Positions 14,374 to 23,512 of a stretch of 30,196 nucleotides of DNA are shown piece after piece; position 1 is the stretch's first letter, and each line of letters begins with the position of its first letter. The position numbers and the translations under genes were made by a program. The DNA lies in the IMG/VR virus record IMGVR_UViG_3300032312_001296, positions 1 through 30,196 of that record; one strand, written 5' to 3'. Below the pieces are notes generated by a model that was not told where the DNA came from, did no database searches, and worked only from the letters and a program-made list of their open reading frames with translations. The DNA comes from a virus. Taxonomy: Duplodnaviria > Caudoviricetes.

Positions 14374-17115
14374 ATGAAAAAGTTTATAACTCCGACATAT
14401 ACATTTACCCCAGGAGCTTCTGGTGTAGGAACTGTAAACCTTTCAGGCATTACAGGGTTCAATGTTAAAAACCTTGTCTCGATCATTAACCAGACTAGGG
14501 GTGTGGTCATCTACGCTACTGGTTCACAATCTTTAAGATACACTAACGTCGTAGGAACTACGGTCACTCTGTTTTTTAATACTACTGGCATGAGTTCAGG
14601 AGATGTGCTTCAGGTTATCTATGAAGATAATTCTGCCATAACTGTTGAACCTATTTTAATCGATAAAAATGGTAAAGAAGTACCACAGCTTGCGACTTTT
14701 TCTGGCGGTGCGGCGGTTGGTAACTCAACCAATAGGCTAAGTGATAACTTTTCTAGTCCTACTCCAAGCGCATTAGTTTGGGATGAAGTATGGGCAAATA
14801 AAGCCGATTCATTCGTTGAGAAAGGCGGTAACTCTAGCGGTTCGTCTTACTTAAAAATATCTTTATCTCCTTTTGAATTAAATTCTGAATACAGGCTTAT
14901 ATCTAAAGGGACATTTGACATTCCCTCGGCTCTTGGAGTTTCTTACTCTGCTTCTCAAAGATTTTCAGGTCAAGAATTTTCTTTCGGATTCGTCGGTTGT
15001 GATGCCAATGGAAATATTGAATACAATCCACCTAAAGCGGATGTGGCCCTTCCGGCAACTCTGTCAATCACTTCAAACATAGCGACAATTACTTTCGCAG
15101 CACCACATAACTTCGTAGGTAATGATCGTGTTGTTCTTTATGGCAATACGATTTCAGCTTTAAACGTGGGGCCTGTATTTGTTGGAGTAGTTTCTCAATT
15201 TAGCATTAGCGTTGCTATAGCGCTACCAAATGCAACATATAACTGCAACGGTTTTATAAAATTTGTAGACCAGTTAGATGATGCCTCTAACGGTTGTTTC
15301 CTGCACACTGGAGACACCACGAATGCGAGTAATATGACCATAGCTTCTCGTCGAAGTGGTCAAAGCGTAAGATTTGCAAGCATGACTACTGCTTCGTCAA
15401 ATGCATCACCACAAGGTTCATCTAGTTTTACTGACTCTTTCTTGTCTAATAATATAATTGAGCTACAGGCTTCACCTGATGACATTGTTGCTGTCAGTAG
15501 ATCGGCAGACTCAATAGCTTCTCCGCAGACACCTGTTAGATTTACGCAAGGTTATCCAGACGAGTCTAAAAAATATAAAATATTCATTAAAGCCAAAAAC
15601 CACGCAAGACTTCCAAGACCGATCGCTAGAATTGTATCAGCAACTAAAACGGGTTCAACGGTAGCAACCTTCGTAACTGACGTTCCTCACAACCTTGCAG
15701 TTAATGCTAGCCGAATTGTAATAAACGGTATTCGTGACACACTTAATTTTCCTAACGCAACAACGATGAACGTTCAATCGGTTCCAAACGCCACTACTTT
15801 CACAGCTTTCATTGGTACAACCACTACAGGCACTAGCGCCGGAGGCTATGTAGGTTTATGTGATGCTAATGGAATTATACCGGGGGTAAGCTTTCCATCG
15901 GTTCAAAGTATAACTAGAACTAGTAATGCCCTTCAAATTACCCTAGCAAGCAATCCATCAGCACTTACTTCAGGAGAGACAATTCATCTCTATGGTTGTG
16001 ACGCAGGTTCAATGGGTCTATATGATGGTGCGTATAAAGTTGCAAGAATTAACGGTTCAATTGTCGTTGTGGACTCTGTAGGGCCAGACATTGCGCCTAC
16101 AAACTGTGGTGGTGGTATCTTAAAACGAACTGACTTTCGTGTGCATATGGTACGTCTTAATGATTTCTTAAGACATACAATAGAAGTATCTTCAAACGGT
16201 TCTGGTGACTCATCAAAAGGTATTCCAGTGTCCGGTGTGGTTGGCGTGTCAGGGGCTGTTGCAGTAACGGGGACTGTTGGGGTATCAAGTATCTCAGGAG
16301 GTACCGTTTCTGTTTCTTCCGGTTCTGTCACACTCGACGGTGGTTACATAGGGTCTATCGATAGTCCAATTATCATTGGTGGTGGTTTTATTGACAATAT
16401 CAACAATCCAGTAGAGGTAAGTGGAAACGTTGATATTAATTCAAATGCTAATCCTTTAACAATTTTTAAAGATAATCAAAATTATTCTTCGAGTTTTGGT
16501 GGTACATACACTACTTCGAGCTTTGAATACCTTCAAGCATTTGGCGGCGATTGTATAACTGTAAGTGCAAACGTCTCAACCCTCACTGGTTCGGCCTATA
16601 TATATGTTTATGATAGTCCCGATCAGGGAGTTACATATCATTATAAATACACGATCGGGCCCATTGTTCAAGTAGGTGTGTATTCTTCTCCTATCTTGTC
16701 TATCCCTAGCAATTACATACAACTTCATGTTGAACCTGCGGCCGGGTCAAGCATTACCGTCACAACAACTACAGTTTATTCAAACAAAGAACCTACAAGC
16801 ATTATTAAATTTTCCACAAAAAGTTTTAACCCAAACACATTAAACTCGACTACGCCAATTATTGATTGTTCTAGTGTTAAAGATTTTCATATCTCAATAA
16901 GAAATTCTGCTCAGACCTCACCGGCAACAATTACCGTAGAATTTTCACACGACCAAATAAATTGGTGGCCAAGTCCTATCACCATATCAACGATTAATGG
17001 AACTGTTAGAGTGAATAAAGCTAATGAACTATGGTCATACGTTAGGGCGAGAGTTACGTCCGCAGGGTCAGGAATTACAATGCAAGATATTACGATTAAA
17101 GGGATGGCATTATGA
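14374..17115 (+). CDS. Large beta-rich virion fibre/adhesin-like protein
   Basis: 913 aa, S/T/G-rich; repeated (ATITF..PHN..G..V.I.G) barrels; Gly/Val shaft segment. Confidence 0.65.
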   Translation: MKKFITPTYTFTPGASGVGTVNLSGITGFNVKNLVSIINQTRGVVIYATGSQSLRYTNVVGTTVTLFFNTTGMSSGDVLQVIYEDNSAITVEPILIDKNGKEVPQLATFSGGAAVGNSTNRLSDNFSSPTPSALVWDEVWANKADSFVEKGGNSSGSSYLKISLSPFELNSEYRLISKGTFDIPSALGVSYSASQRFSGQEFSFGFVGCDANGNIEYNPPKADVALPATLSITSNIATITFAAPHNFVGNDRVVLYGNTISALNVGPVFVGVVSQFSISVAIALPNATYNCNGFIKFVDQLDDASNGCFLHTGDTTNASNMTIASRRSGQSVRFASMTTASSNASPQGSSSFTDSFLSNNIIELQASPDDIVAVSRSADSIASPQTPVRFTQGYPDESKKYKIFIKAKNHARLPRPIARIVSATKTGSTVATFVTDVPHNLAVNASRIVINGIRDTLNFPNATTMNVQSVPNATTFTAFIGTTTTGTSAGGYVGLCDANGIIPGVSFPSVQSITRTSNALQITLASNPSALTSGETIHLYGCDAGSMGLYDGAYKVARINGSIVVVDSVGPDIAPTNCGGGILKRTDFRVHMVRLNDFLRHTIEVSSNGSGDSSKGIPVSGVVGVSGAVAVTGTVGVSSISGGTVSVSSGSVTLDGGYIGSIDSPIIIGGGFIDNINNPVEVSGNVDINSNANPLTIFKDNQNYSSSFGGTYTTSSFEYLQAFGGDCITVSANVSTLTGSAYIYVYDSPDQGVTYHYKYTIGPIVQVGVYSSPILSIPSNYIQLHVEPAAGSSITVTTTTVYSNKEPTSIIKFSTKSFNPNTLNSTTPIIDCSSVKDFHISIRNSAQTSPATITVEFSHDQINWWPSPITISTINGTVRVNKANELWSYVRARVTSAGSGITMQDITIKGMAL

Positions 17116-17417
17116 TAAGTTTAATTTATTTTGAAGTTATTGATTACAAAATTAAGAACGCATCAGAAATAGGTCAATTCGAAACTATGCAAGAATGCTT
17201 AGATAAGATTGCAGAGGACTCCCCTTCATATCACAGAATCGAAGAATTAATTCCTACTGGAAGAAAGTTAATCTATTCTAGTCCTGTTCCTGAAAAACCT
17301 AAGCCACAGCCAGCTCCACGACCTACAAGACCTGTTCCACAATCACAACCAATATCAGAACCAGAACCAACACCAGAACCGGAACCAGAACCAGTACAAC
17401 CAATAGAAGGTGAATGA
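17112..17417 (+). CDS. Hypothetical protein with Pro/Glu-rich C-terminal tail
   Basis: PEKPKPQPAPRP...EPEPTPEPEPEP, encoded by CCAGAA repeats. Confidence 0.7.
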   Translation: MISLIYFEVIDYKIKNASEIGQFETMQECLDKIAEDSPSYHRIEELIPTGRKLIYSSPVPEKPKPQPAPRPTRPVPQSQPISEPEPTPEPEPEPVQPIEGE

Positions 17418-18238
17418 TGAGAATCTTTTTTAAAGACGTTTCAGGAATTAAAGAAATTACTCAACAGCTTTCAAGGTTCGGTGCTGATACTTACCTGATC
17501 ACGCTTACTAGCTCTAATTATATTTACATAGCATCAGACTTTCCTATGAATCACTTTTACATTAAGTTAGGAGATCAAAAAAATGCGGCCTCCGCTTCTA
17601 TGCAAGTTGATTATTGGACTAGCACTAATTGGGCACCTGTTGTTAATCTTAATGACTACACTGACGGATTAAGTCATTCTGGATTCGTTGATTTTACACC
17701 AAATAAAGACGTTTCATGGCTTCGTTCTGATACTGATGGAGCTAGTGGAATTATCGGACTTGAGAATATAACTGTTTATGATAAATACTGGACTAGAATT
17801 AAATTCACTGGAACTCTAACACCACAGATCGAGTTTAACTATTTAGGCTATAAATTTTCTGATGATGTTGATCTATTCTCAGAATATCCTGTCTTTAATG
17901 ACCAAAACTTTTTATCTGGTTTTGAAGTAGGGAAGACAACATGGGAAGAACAACACGTTAAAGCCGCTGACCTTATCATTCAAGACATGAAACGTAAGGG
18001 AATTATCATAGGGAAAGAACAAATCTTAGATAGAGATGTTCTACTTCCTGCGTCTGTTTGTAAAGTTGCCGAGATTCTATTTAATGCTTTTGGTCGAGAT
18101 TATATTGATGACGCTAAAAAAGCTCGTTATGAATACGACAAGCGCATGGACTTATCAGCTTTCCTTGTAGATCAAAATAATAACGGTGTACTTGATGAAG
18201 TTGACGTTGGTTATAGACAAGGGTGGTTATCACGATGA
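17414..18238 (+). CDS. Putative head-tail adaptor with extra N-terminal beta domain
   Basis: Helical C-terminal third ending VDQNNNGVLD...GWLSR; position before the tail genes. Confidence 0.5.
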   Translation: MMRIFFKDVSGIKEITQQLSRFGADTYLITLTSSNYIYIASDFPMNHFYIKLGDQKNAASASMQVDYWTSTNWAPVVNLNDYTDGLSHSGFVDFTPNKDVSWLRSDTDGASGIIGLENITVYDKYWTRIKFTGTLTPQIEFNYLGYKFSDDVDLFSEYPVFNDQNFLSGFEVGKTTWEEQHVKAADLIIQDMKRKGIIIGKEQILDRDVLLPASVCKVAEILFNAFGRDYIDDAKKARYEYDKRMDLSAFLVDQNNNGVLDEVDVGYRQGWLSR

Positions 18239-18687
18239 CTAAGATTGAGTCAGCTTATAACTCTATTCTAAGCGTATGCAATGATCTTTATGCTTCTAAG
18301 CAGAGACTTCCAAACCCTTATTCCCTAGAAGAGAATCCTGATGTGGTCAAAAAAGACTCATGGGGAATAAGAACCAATGGAGCAAACAGAGAAGAACTTG
18401 ATCTTTGTAACTTATCGCTAAAAAGATCATTTACATTTACCTTAATGCGTCAAATGGTTGGACTAGTTAATAAAGAAGATGGTTTTGACTCAGTAACCAT
18501 TAACTTACTTAACGATCAACAAAAGATGCTAGAAAGACTTTATAAGTCGGACAATCTTGATAACATTGAGAACATTGACCTTATTGAGATTGACGAAGTT
18601 GGCGGTCTTCAGTCTTTAGTCAGTGATGAAAAAAAATATCTTTTTTGTGAGATAACATTTAGCATAATAACGAGCACTACAATTTAG
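18235..18687 (+). CDS. Putative tail terminator
   Basis: About 150 aa directly upstream of the tail tube gene; ATGA start at 18235. Confidence 0.5.
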   Translation: MTKIESAYNSILSVCNDLYASKQRLPNPYSLEENPDVVKKDSWGIRTNGANREELDLCNLSLKRSFTFTLMRQMVGLVNKEDGFDSVTINLLNDQQKMLERLYKSDNLDNIENIDLIEIDEVGGLQSLVSDEKKYLFCEITFSIITSTTI

Positions 18688-18698
18688 GAGAATATTTT

Positions 18699-20195
18699 AT
18701 GGCAGTAGGACAGGCAAAGGCCACAATTCAGGCAGTCAAAAAAGAAACAACCGCAGGGGTTTATGTTGCACCTTCTGTTGGGACTGACTTCATAGCTATT
18801 CGCCCAGGTGCGGAACTAGCACTAGAACCAGAGCTAGTTGATAATGAAGAATTGGTTGGTGACATTGGTATTTCTAAAAAGATCAATGTCGGAGAAGCTA
18901 CTACAGGGTCCAATCCTGCCTATCTTCGTCACTCTGGAATCGAGGGTCAAGAGCCTCAAATAGGTCTATTCTTTGAATCATTACTTGGTTCTAAATATGT
19001 TGTTGCTACTGAGCAATCGGCCGCAGCTTCATCAACAGTTTCAATTGTTAGAGTTGGAACTGGTTTAGGTGCAAACTTTAGGCAAGGTCAGGCACTACTT
19101 GTTAAAAAGAATGGTGGTTTTGAAGTTGCAAATATTGCTTCTATTTCAGGTGATAATTTAACATTGGCTTTCAACCTTAATTCTGCGCCTGCACTAGGAA
19201 CAAAACTTGGTAAAGCTTGTCTTTATTCACCTGCCTCAAGTGGTCATCCTACTTTTTCGATCACTAAATACCTTGGAAATGATTACGCTATCGAAGCAAG
19301 CGCAGGAAACACTGTAACTGAAGCTGCTATTACAATGGGTGCTAAGGGTCTTGGTAATGTAGAATTTTCTTTCGCAGGAACAAAATATTTCTACAATCCT
19401 ATTACAATCACGGCTACTTCTAAGTTTTTAGACGTAACTGATGATACTGGTACTTTTGCTGTATCTGTTGAGGAAAAAACTTATAAGTCACCTATCGAAC
19501 TTGCTGAAGCTCTTAATGCTGCTTTAACTGTTGCATCAACTGAGACTTACACAGTTAGTTATTCAAATACTACTGGTAAATTCACAATCGCATCAGGTTC
19601 AACTGTTTTGAGTCTTCTATGGTTGACTGGTGCAAACTCAGCTAACTCTATCGGTGCAAAACTTGGCTTCGTTACAACTGCCAACGATACTGGTGCAGTA
19701 TCTTATACCTCTGACAATGCTCAGGTCTATTCATCTTCTATCACTCCTTCTTACGACTCAACAGATGCAATCGTTGTAAAGGGCGCAGAACTTAACATTG
19801 GTACTCAAGAAGATAACCTTTGTATTTGCGCTCAATCGGTAAGTGTCACAATCTCGAAAGAAGTTGAGGACGTTAATTGTGTGTGCGAAGAAACTGGTGT
19901 CAAGGAGAAGATTGCTACTGGTAGAACTGTAACGATGGAAGTTGCTGCTACACTTAAGAAGTATGATGTTGAGCTTCTTAGCGCACTACTTAAGAATGAA
20001 GGTATTTCTGCAGCGATGACTTGCGGGCCTAAATCAGGCGGTAACTTTGTGGGCGGAAAATGTTTCAACGTGTATATGCAAAAAGCAACTGTCTCAGCTT
20101 TCACAACTTCAGGTGAGTCATTCTTACAAGTAAATTTCACTCTCGAAGGTTATGTGACAGCTACAGAAAAAGACGTTTACGTAAACTTTATTTAA
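18699..20195 (+). CDS. Major tail tube protein with inserted domains
   Basis: N-terminal AVKKETTAGVY motif; AGGAG SD; precedes the chaperone and tape measure genes. Confidence 0.8.
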   Translation: MAVGQAKATIQAVKKETTAGVYVAPSVGTDFIAIRPGAELALEPELVDNEELVGDIGISKKINVGEATTGSNPAYLRHSGIEGQEPQIGLFFESLLGSKYVVATEQSAAASSTVSIVRVGTGLGANFRQGQALLVKKNGGFEVANIASISGDNLTLAFNLNSAPALGTKLGKACLYSPASSGHPTFSITKYLGNDYAIEASAGNTVTEAAITMGAKGLGNVEFSFAGTKYFYNPITITATSKFLDVTDDTGTFAVSVEEKTYKSPIELAEALNAALTVASTETYTVSYSNTTGKFTIASGSTVLSLLWLTGANSANSIGAKLGFVTTANDTGAVSYTSDNAQVYSSSITPSYDSTDAIVVKGAELNIGTQEDNLCICAQSVSVTISKEVEDVNCVCEETGVKEKIATGRTVTMEVAATLKKYDVELLSALLKNEGISAAMTCGPKSGGNFVGGKCFNVYMQKATVSAFTTSGESFLQVNFTLEGYVTATEKDVYVNFI

Positions 20196-20204
20196 GAGGT
20201 TTTT

Positions 20205-20492
20205 TTGAAAGAGAAGAACACACCAAAGGGCATTCTGAAATATCGGATGCCTAATGTGATAGAGGGTTTCGAATTCCTTAGTATGATTGAAACAATCAAA
20301 ACTGGCGGAGACCTTTTTAGAATTAAAGGCAAGTTCATTAATAAAATGGATTCTTTAATCGATTACAAGTCTTGCGGATACCAGTCATGGGAAGAGCTTA
20401 TCTCCGATAAGGAAAATATGTTTCACCCATTGTCTGAAATTGCACAAGAAATTTTCGATGATGTGACGGGTGTTTTAGTAAAAAAGACTTAA
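20205..20492 (+). CDS. Tail assembly chaperone (G-like)
   Basis: Between tube and TMP; ends VKKT over a slippery site. Confidence 0.8.
   Translation: MKEKNTPKGILKYRMPNVIEGFEFLSMIETIKTGGDLFRIKGKFINKMDSLIDYKSCGYQSWEELISDKENMFHPLSEIAQEIFDDVTGVLVKKT
20480..20486 (+). other. -1 programmed frameshift site A AAA AAG
   Basis: Heptamer in the correct phase; -1 frame open to TGA at 20729-20731. Confidence 0.85.
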
Positions 20493-20731
20493 TTCCTGAT
20501 GGCGTTAATGCTTTCAGGAATGGATTAAGTAAAGAAGAACTAACCGATCTTTTGGATGGTGATGAGACTAAGGCCAATCTCATCATAGAAGTTGTAAGGG
20601 ATGTTTTTGAATACTCTTATTTTACATCATCTAAAGACCTTGGAATAAATTACGGCCCTAACGATTTGAGTTTCAGTAAAATGATGCTCTACTCATGGAT
20701 AAAAGAGGCAATCGGTGGCAGAAAGCATTGA
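20486..20731 (+). CDS. Frameshift extension (T part) of tail chaperone G-T, about 175 aa in total
   Basis: 81 open codons DLIPDGVNAF...GGRKH filling the gap to the TMP gene. Confidence 0.8.
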   Translation, partial: DLIPDGVNAFRNGLSKEELTDLLDGDETKANLIIEVVRDVFEYSYFTSSKDLGINYGPNDLSFSKMMLYSWIKEAIGGRKH

Positions 20732-22583
20732 GTTTCGTTTAAAAGTCATTGAGGATAAACTAGGTGTTGCTCTCGAACAAAACGAGAAGAAAGCTAAATC
20801 ACTTGGTTCTGCCCTTACTGTTGCGGCCGGAACATTTGCCGGTGGTGTTGCACTTAAAGGCTTCGATGCTTTAGGTCGTGCTATTGGTTCAGTAAATGAT
20901 TTTATCTTTGATTCAATTAAAGCATCAGCGGAGCAAGAAGCTGCGCTCAACAGATTAGGTCAAGCCCTAAGAAACACGGGCGAGTTTAGTAATGCAGCAA
21001 TAGAAGACTTTTCTGCATTCGCTGGTGAGTTACAAAAAACATCAGTATATGCGGACGAAGTTGTTCTTAATCAGTTGGCATTAGCTAAATCATTTGGTGC
21101 TACTAATGAGCAAGCTAAAAACCTTGTACAAGGTGCAGCGAATCTTTCGGCGTCTATCGGTGGAACACTAGAGCAAAACGTCGAGATATTATCAAAAAGC
21201 TTAAACGGATTAGTTGGAAAAGGTCTTAAAGCTGCAATTCCAGAACTTAAAAGCCTATCTCAGGAAGCTCTTAATTCTGGCGCAGCTATTGATCTAGTTA
21301 ATCAGAAATTTGGTGGGTCAGCTCAGGCGCAATTAAATACCTATGAAGGAAGTTTAGTAGCTCTTAAAAACTCATTTGGAGAACTACAAGAAATTGTCGG
21401 TGATGTTGTTACTCAATCCGAGTTTGTTCAAGGCGCTTTTAAGTTTTTAACCGATTCAATTAATAGCGCAGTACAGGCAGTCTCAGAATATAAAGCAGTC
21501 AATGAAGCGAATAATAAAGGCTTCGTTGATTCTGAGAATAAGGTCAACTCACTAGCTTCTCAATATGCTGACTTAACAGTAGAAATCGAAAAACAACAGG
21601 CTATTATAAATGGGCAAGGGCAAAATAAGGGGCTTGTTTCTACAGCGGATATTCAATTTGCTGAAACAAGAGTAAAGGCATTAACCGCCGAAGCTCAAAA
21701 ATTATTTAATGTTATCCAAACTTCTCAGCAACAAATTGCAGCGGAAGAAGCTAAGTCACCACAGGCAAAAGCTGAAAAGATTAGAGAGCAAACAACCGAA
21801 GAGCTTAATGCTATCAAAGAAAGACAAATCCAAATTAGTGAGCTTGAAGGTCAATTTGCACTACTTCAAGAACAAGGAAGGTTAGAACAAGAAGCTTTAA
21901 AAAATGAAAGCATATTTACAAGCAGAGAAGAACAACTTCAAAGACTTGCAGATTTTGAATATGCAAAGACCGAACTAGAATACCAAAGTGCAGTAGACAG
22001 AGCAGCATTACTTAAAACTCAAGAAGAAAAAGCAACAGCAATACAAAAATCAGAGCTTATAAAAAGAATCGCTAACGAGAAGACAAAACAAAAAACAGAT
22101 AAAGAAATTAAGGATGAGCAATTAAAACAAGAAACAGACTTTTATGATGCAGCTATTTCTTTAAGCAATTCAAAAAATAGAACTATGGCAGCAATTGGAA
22201 AGGCTTTTGCTTTGCAACAATTAGCAGAAAAAACACCACTTGCTATAGGCAATTCGTATGAGTTTGGAACTAGAACAGGGGGCCCCGTACTTGGTGCAGT
22301 CTTTGGTGGTATCGCTGCGGCCGCAATGGCACAACAGGCGGCTAGAATAGCAGGTGTCCAAGGCTTCGCTCAGGGTGGCATTATCGGTGCAACATCAGGA
22401 GCAGACAACAGAATGGCATCTGTTAGGGACGGAGAAATGGTTCTAAACGCTTCACAACAAGAGCAGCTTTTCAATTCAATTAATAATGGCGCAGTGGGTG
22501 GAAACATAGTCATTCAAATAGATGGTAGGAATATTGCCTATGCTGTTAGAGATCAAGTCAGACAAGGATTCAAATTAACATGA
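20715..22583 (+). CDS. Tape measure protein
   Basis: 622 aa, Ala/Gln/Glu helical; C-terminal FAQGGII..GEMVLN..IQIDG. Confidence 0.92.
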   Translation: MAESIEFRLKVIEDKLGVALEQNEKKAKSLGSALTVAAGTFAGGVALKGFDALGRAIGSVNDFIFDSIKASAEQEAALNRLGQALRNTGEFSNAAIEDFSAFAGELQKTSVYADEVVLNQLALAKSFGATNEQAKNLVQGAANLSASIGGTLEQNVEILSKSLNGLVGKGLKAAIPELKSLSQEALNSGAAIDLVNQKFGGSAQAQLNTYEGSLVALKNSFGELQEIVGDVVTQSEFVQGAFKFLTDSINSAVQAVSEYKAVNEANNKGFVDSENKVNSLASQYADLTVEIEKQQAIINGQGQNKGLVSTADIQFAETRVKALTAEAQKLFNVIQTSQQQIAAEEAKSPQAKAEKIREQTTEELNAIKERQIQISELEGQFALLQEQGRLEQEALKNESIFTSREEQLQRLADFEYAKTELEYQSAVDRAALLKTQEEKATAIQKSELIKRIANEKTKQKTDKEIKDEQLKQETDFYDAAISLSNSKNRTMAAIGKAFALQQLAEKTPLAIGNSYEFGTRTGGPVLGAVFGGIAAAAMAQQAARIAGVQGFAQGGIIGATSGADNRMASVRDGEMVLNASQQEQLFNSINNGAVGGNIVIQIDGRNIAYAVRDQVRQGFKLT

Positions 22584-23344
22584 GCTGCTTAAAATTCTTT
22601 AACGATAATTTAGTCACAGCAACCGCCACAGTAGGAACACCTAGCACAGTAAATGCTAGTTTTCCTCTTTCTAACCTGAGCGACTCAAGACGAACAAAAG
22701 TATTTAGAACAACGGCCAACAGTGGGAACATTGTCTTTGACTTTGGCTCAGCTAAAACAATTGATTCTCTCTTCATAGTAGGTAACTCTCAAACTGGTCT
22801 AGGAATTAACTCACTAACTTTAGAACTAAACAGCTCTAACTCGTGGGGTTCACCAGCTTTCAGTCAAGTCATCAGTTTAAGTTCTAAATTTAATCAAGGA
22901 AAAGCTAACTTCACAGCGCAGACTTACCGCTATGCCAGGGTAGTTTTCACATCTTCAGCTTCATTTTGTGAAATCTCAAAGTTATTTATCGGTCAAGCGA
23001 TAGACCTTGATAGAAGCCCATCTTATAACTGGACTTATAAGAGTGAAGACTTATCTAAGGTAGTTGAGAACCGTTATGCCCAGAAGTTCGTTGATATAAT
23101 CTCAAGACAAAAAAGACTCTCCATCTCTATAAATCTACTCAACAAAGACCAACTCGATCAACTTTTTGAAATTTACGACTCAAAAGGTTTAACTTATCCG
23201 TTCTTTATTGAGCTTGGTTCTGATAACATGATAAATGACAATAGGCGTTTTAGTGGTTTGGTTTATTTAAGTTCCATTCCCACGATAACGAACAACTATT
23301 TTAACCGCTATTCATTGACTATTGAGGTTGAAGAAGGGATGTAA
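22580..23344 (+). CDS. Distal tail-like protein with discoidin-like domain
   Basis: Follows TMP; FPLSNL.D, IVFDFG, YRYARV. Confidence 0.6.
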   Translation: MSCLKFFNDNLVTATATVGTPSTVNASFPLSNLSDSRRTKVFRTTANSGNIVFDFGSAKTIDSLFIVGNSQTGLGINSLTLELNSSNSWGSPAFSQVISLSSKFNQGKANFTAQTYRYARVVFTSSASFCEISKLFIGQAIDLDRSPSYNWTYKSEDLSKVVENRYAQKFVDIISRQKRLSISINLLNKDQLDQLFEIYDSKGLTYPFFIELGSDNMINDNRRFSGLVYLSSIPTITNNYFNRYSLTIEVEEGM

Positions 23345-23512
23345 ATGAATAATGAACAAGAATGGCGCACTAGATTATTTGAAGAGATAAAAGAAGTTCG
23401 CTCTGACATTAAAGAAATCAAAGCAGAAATGATGAGTCTCAAAATAAAAATAGCTGGTATAAGTTCAGTCATTGGTTCAATCGTTTCATTATTGGTCAGT
23501 AAACTTTCATGA
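23345..23512 (+). CDS. 55-aa coiled-coil + C-terminal TM protein (XhlA/holin-like; not in ORF track)
   Basis: MNNEQEWRTRLFEEIKEVRSDIKEIK...IAGISSVIGSIVSLLVSKLS; abuts the upstream stop and is ATGA-coupled downstream. Confidence 0.7.
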   Translation: MNNEQEWRTRLFEEIKEVRSDIKEIKAEMMSLKIKIAGISSVIGSIVSLLVSKLS

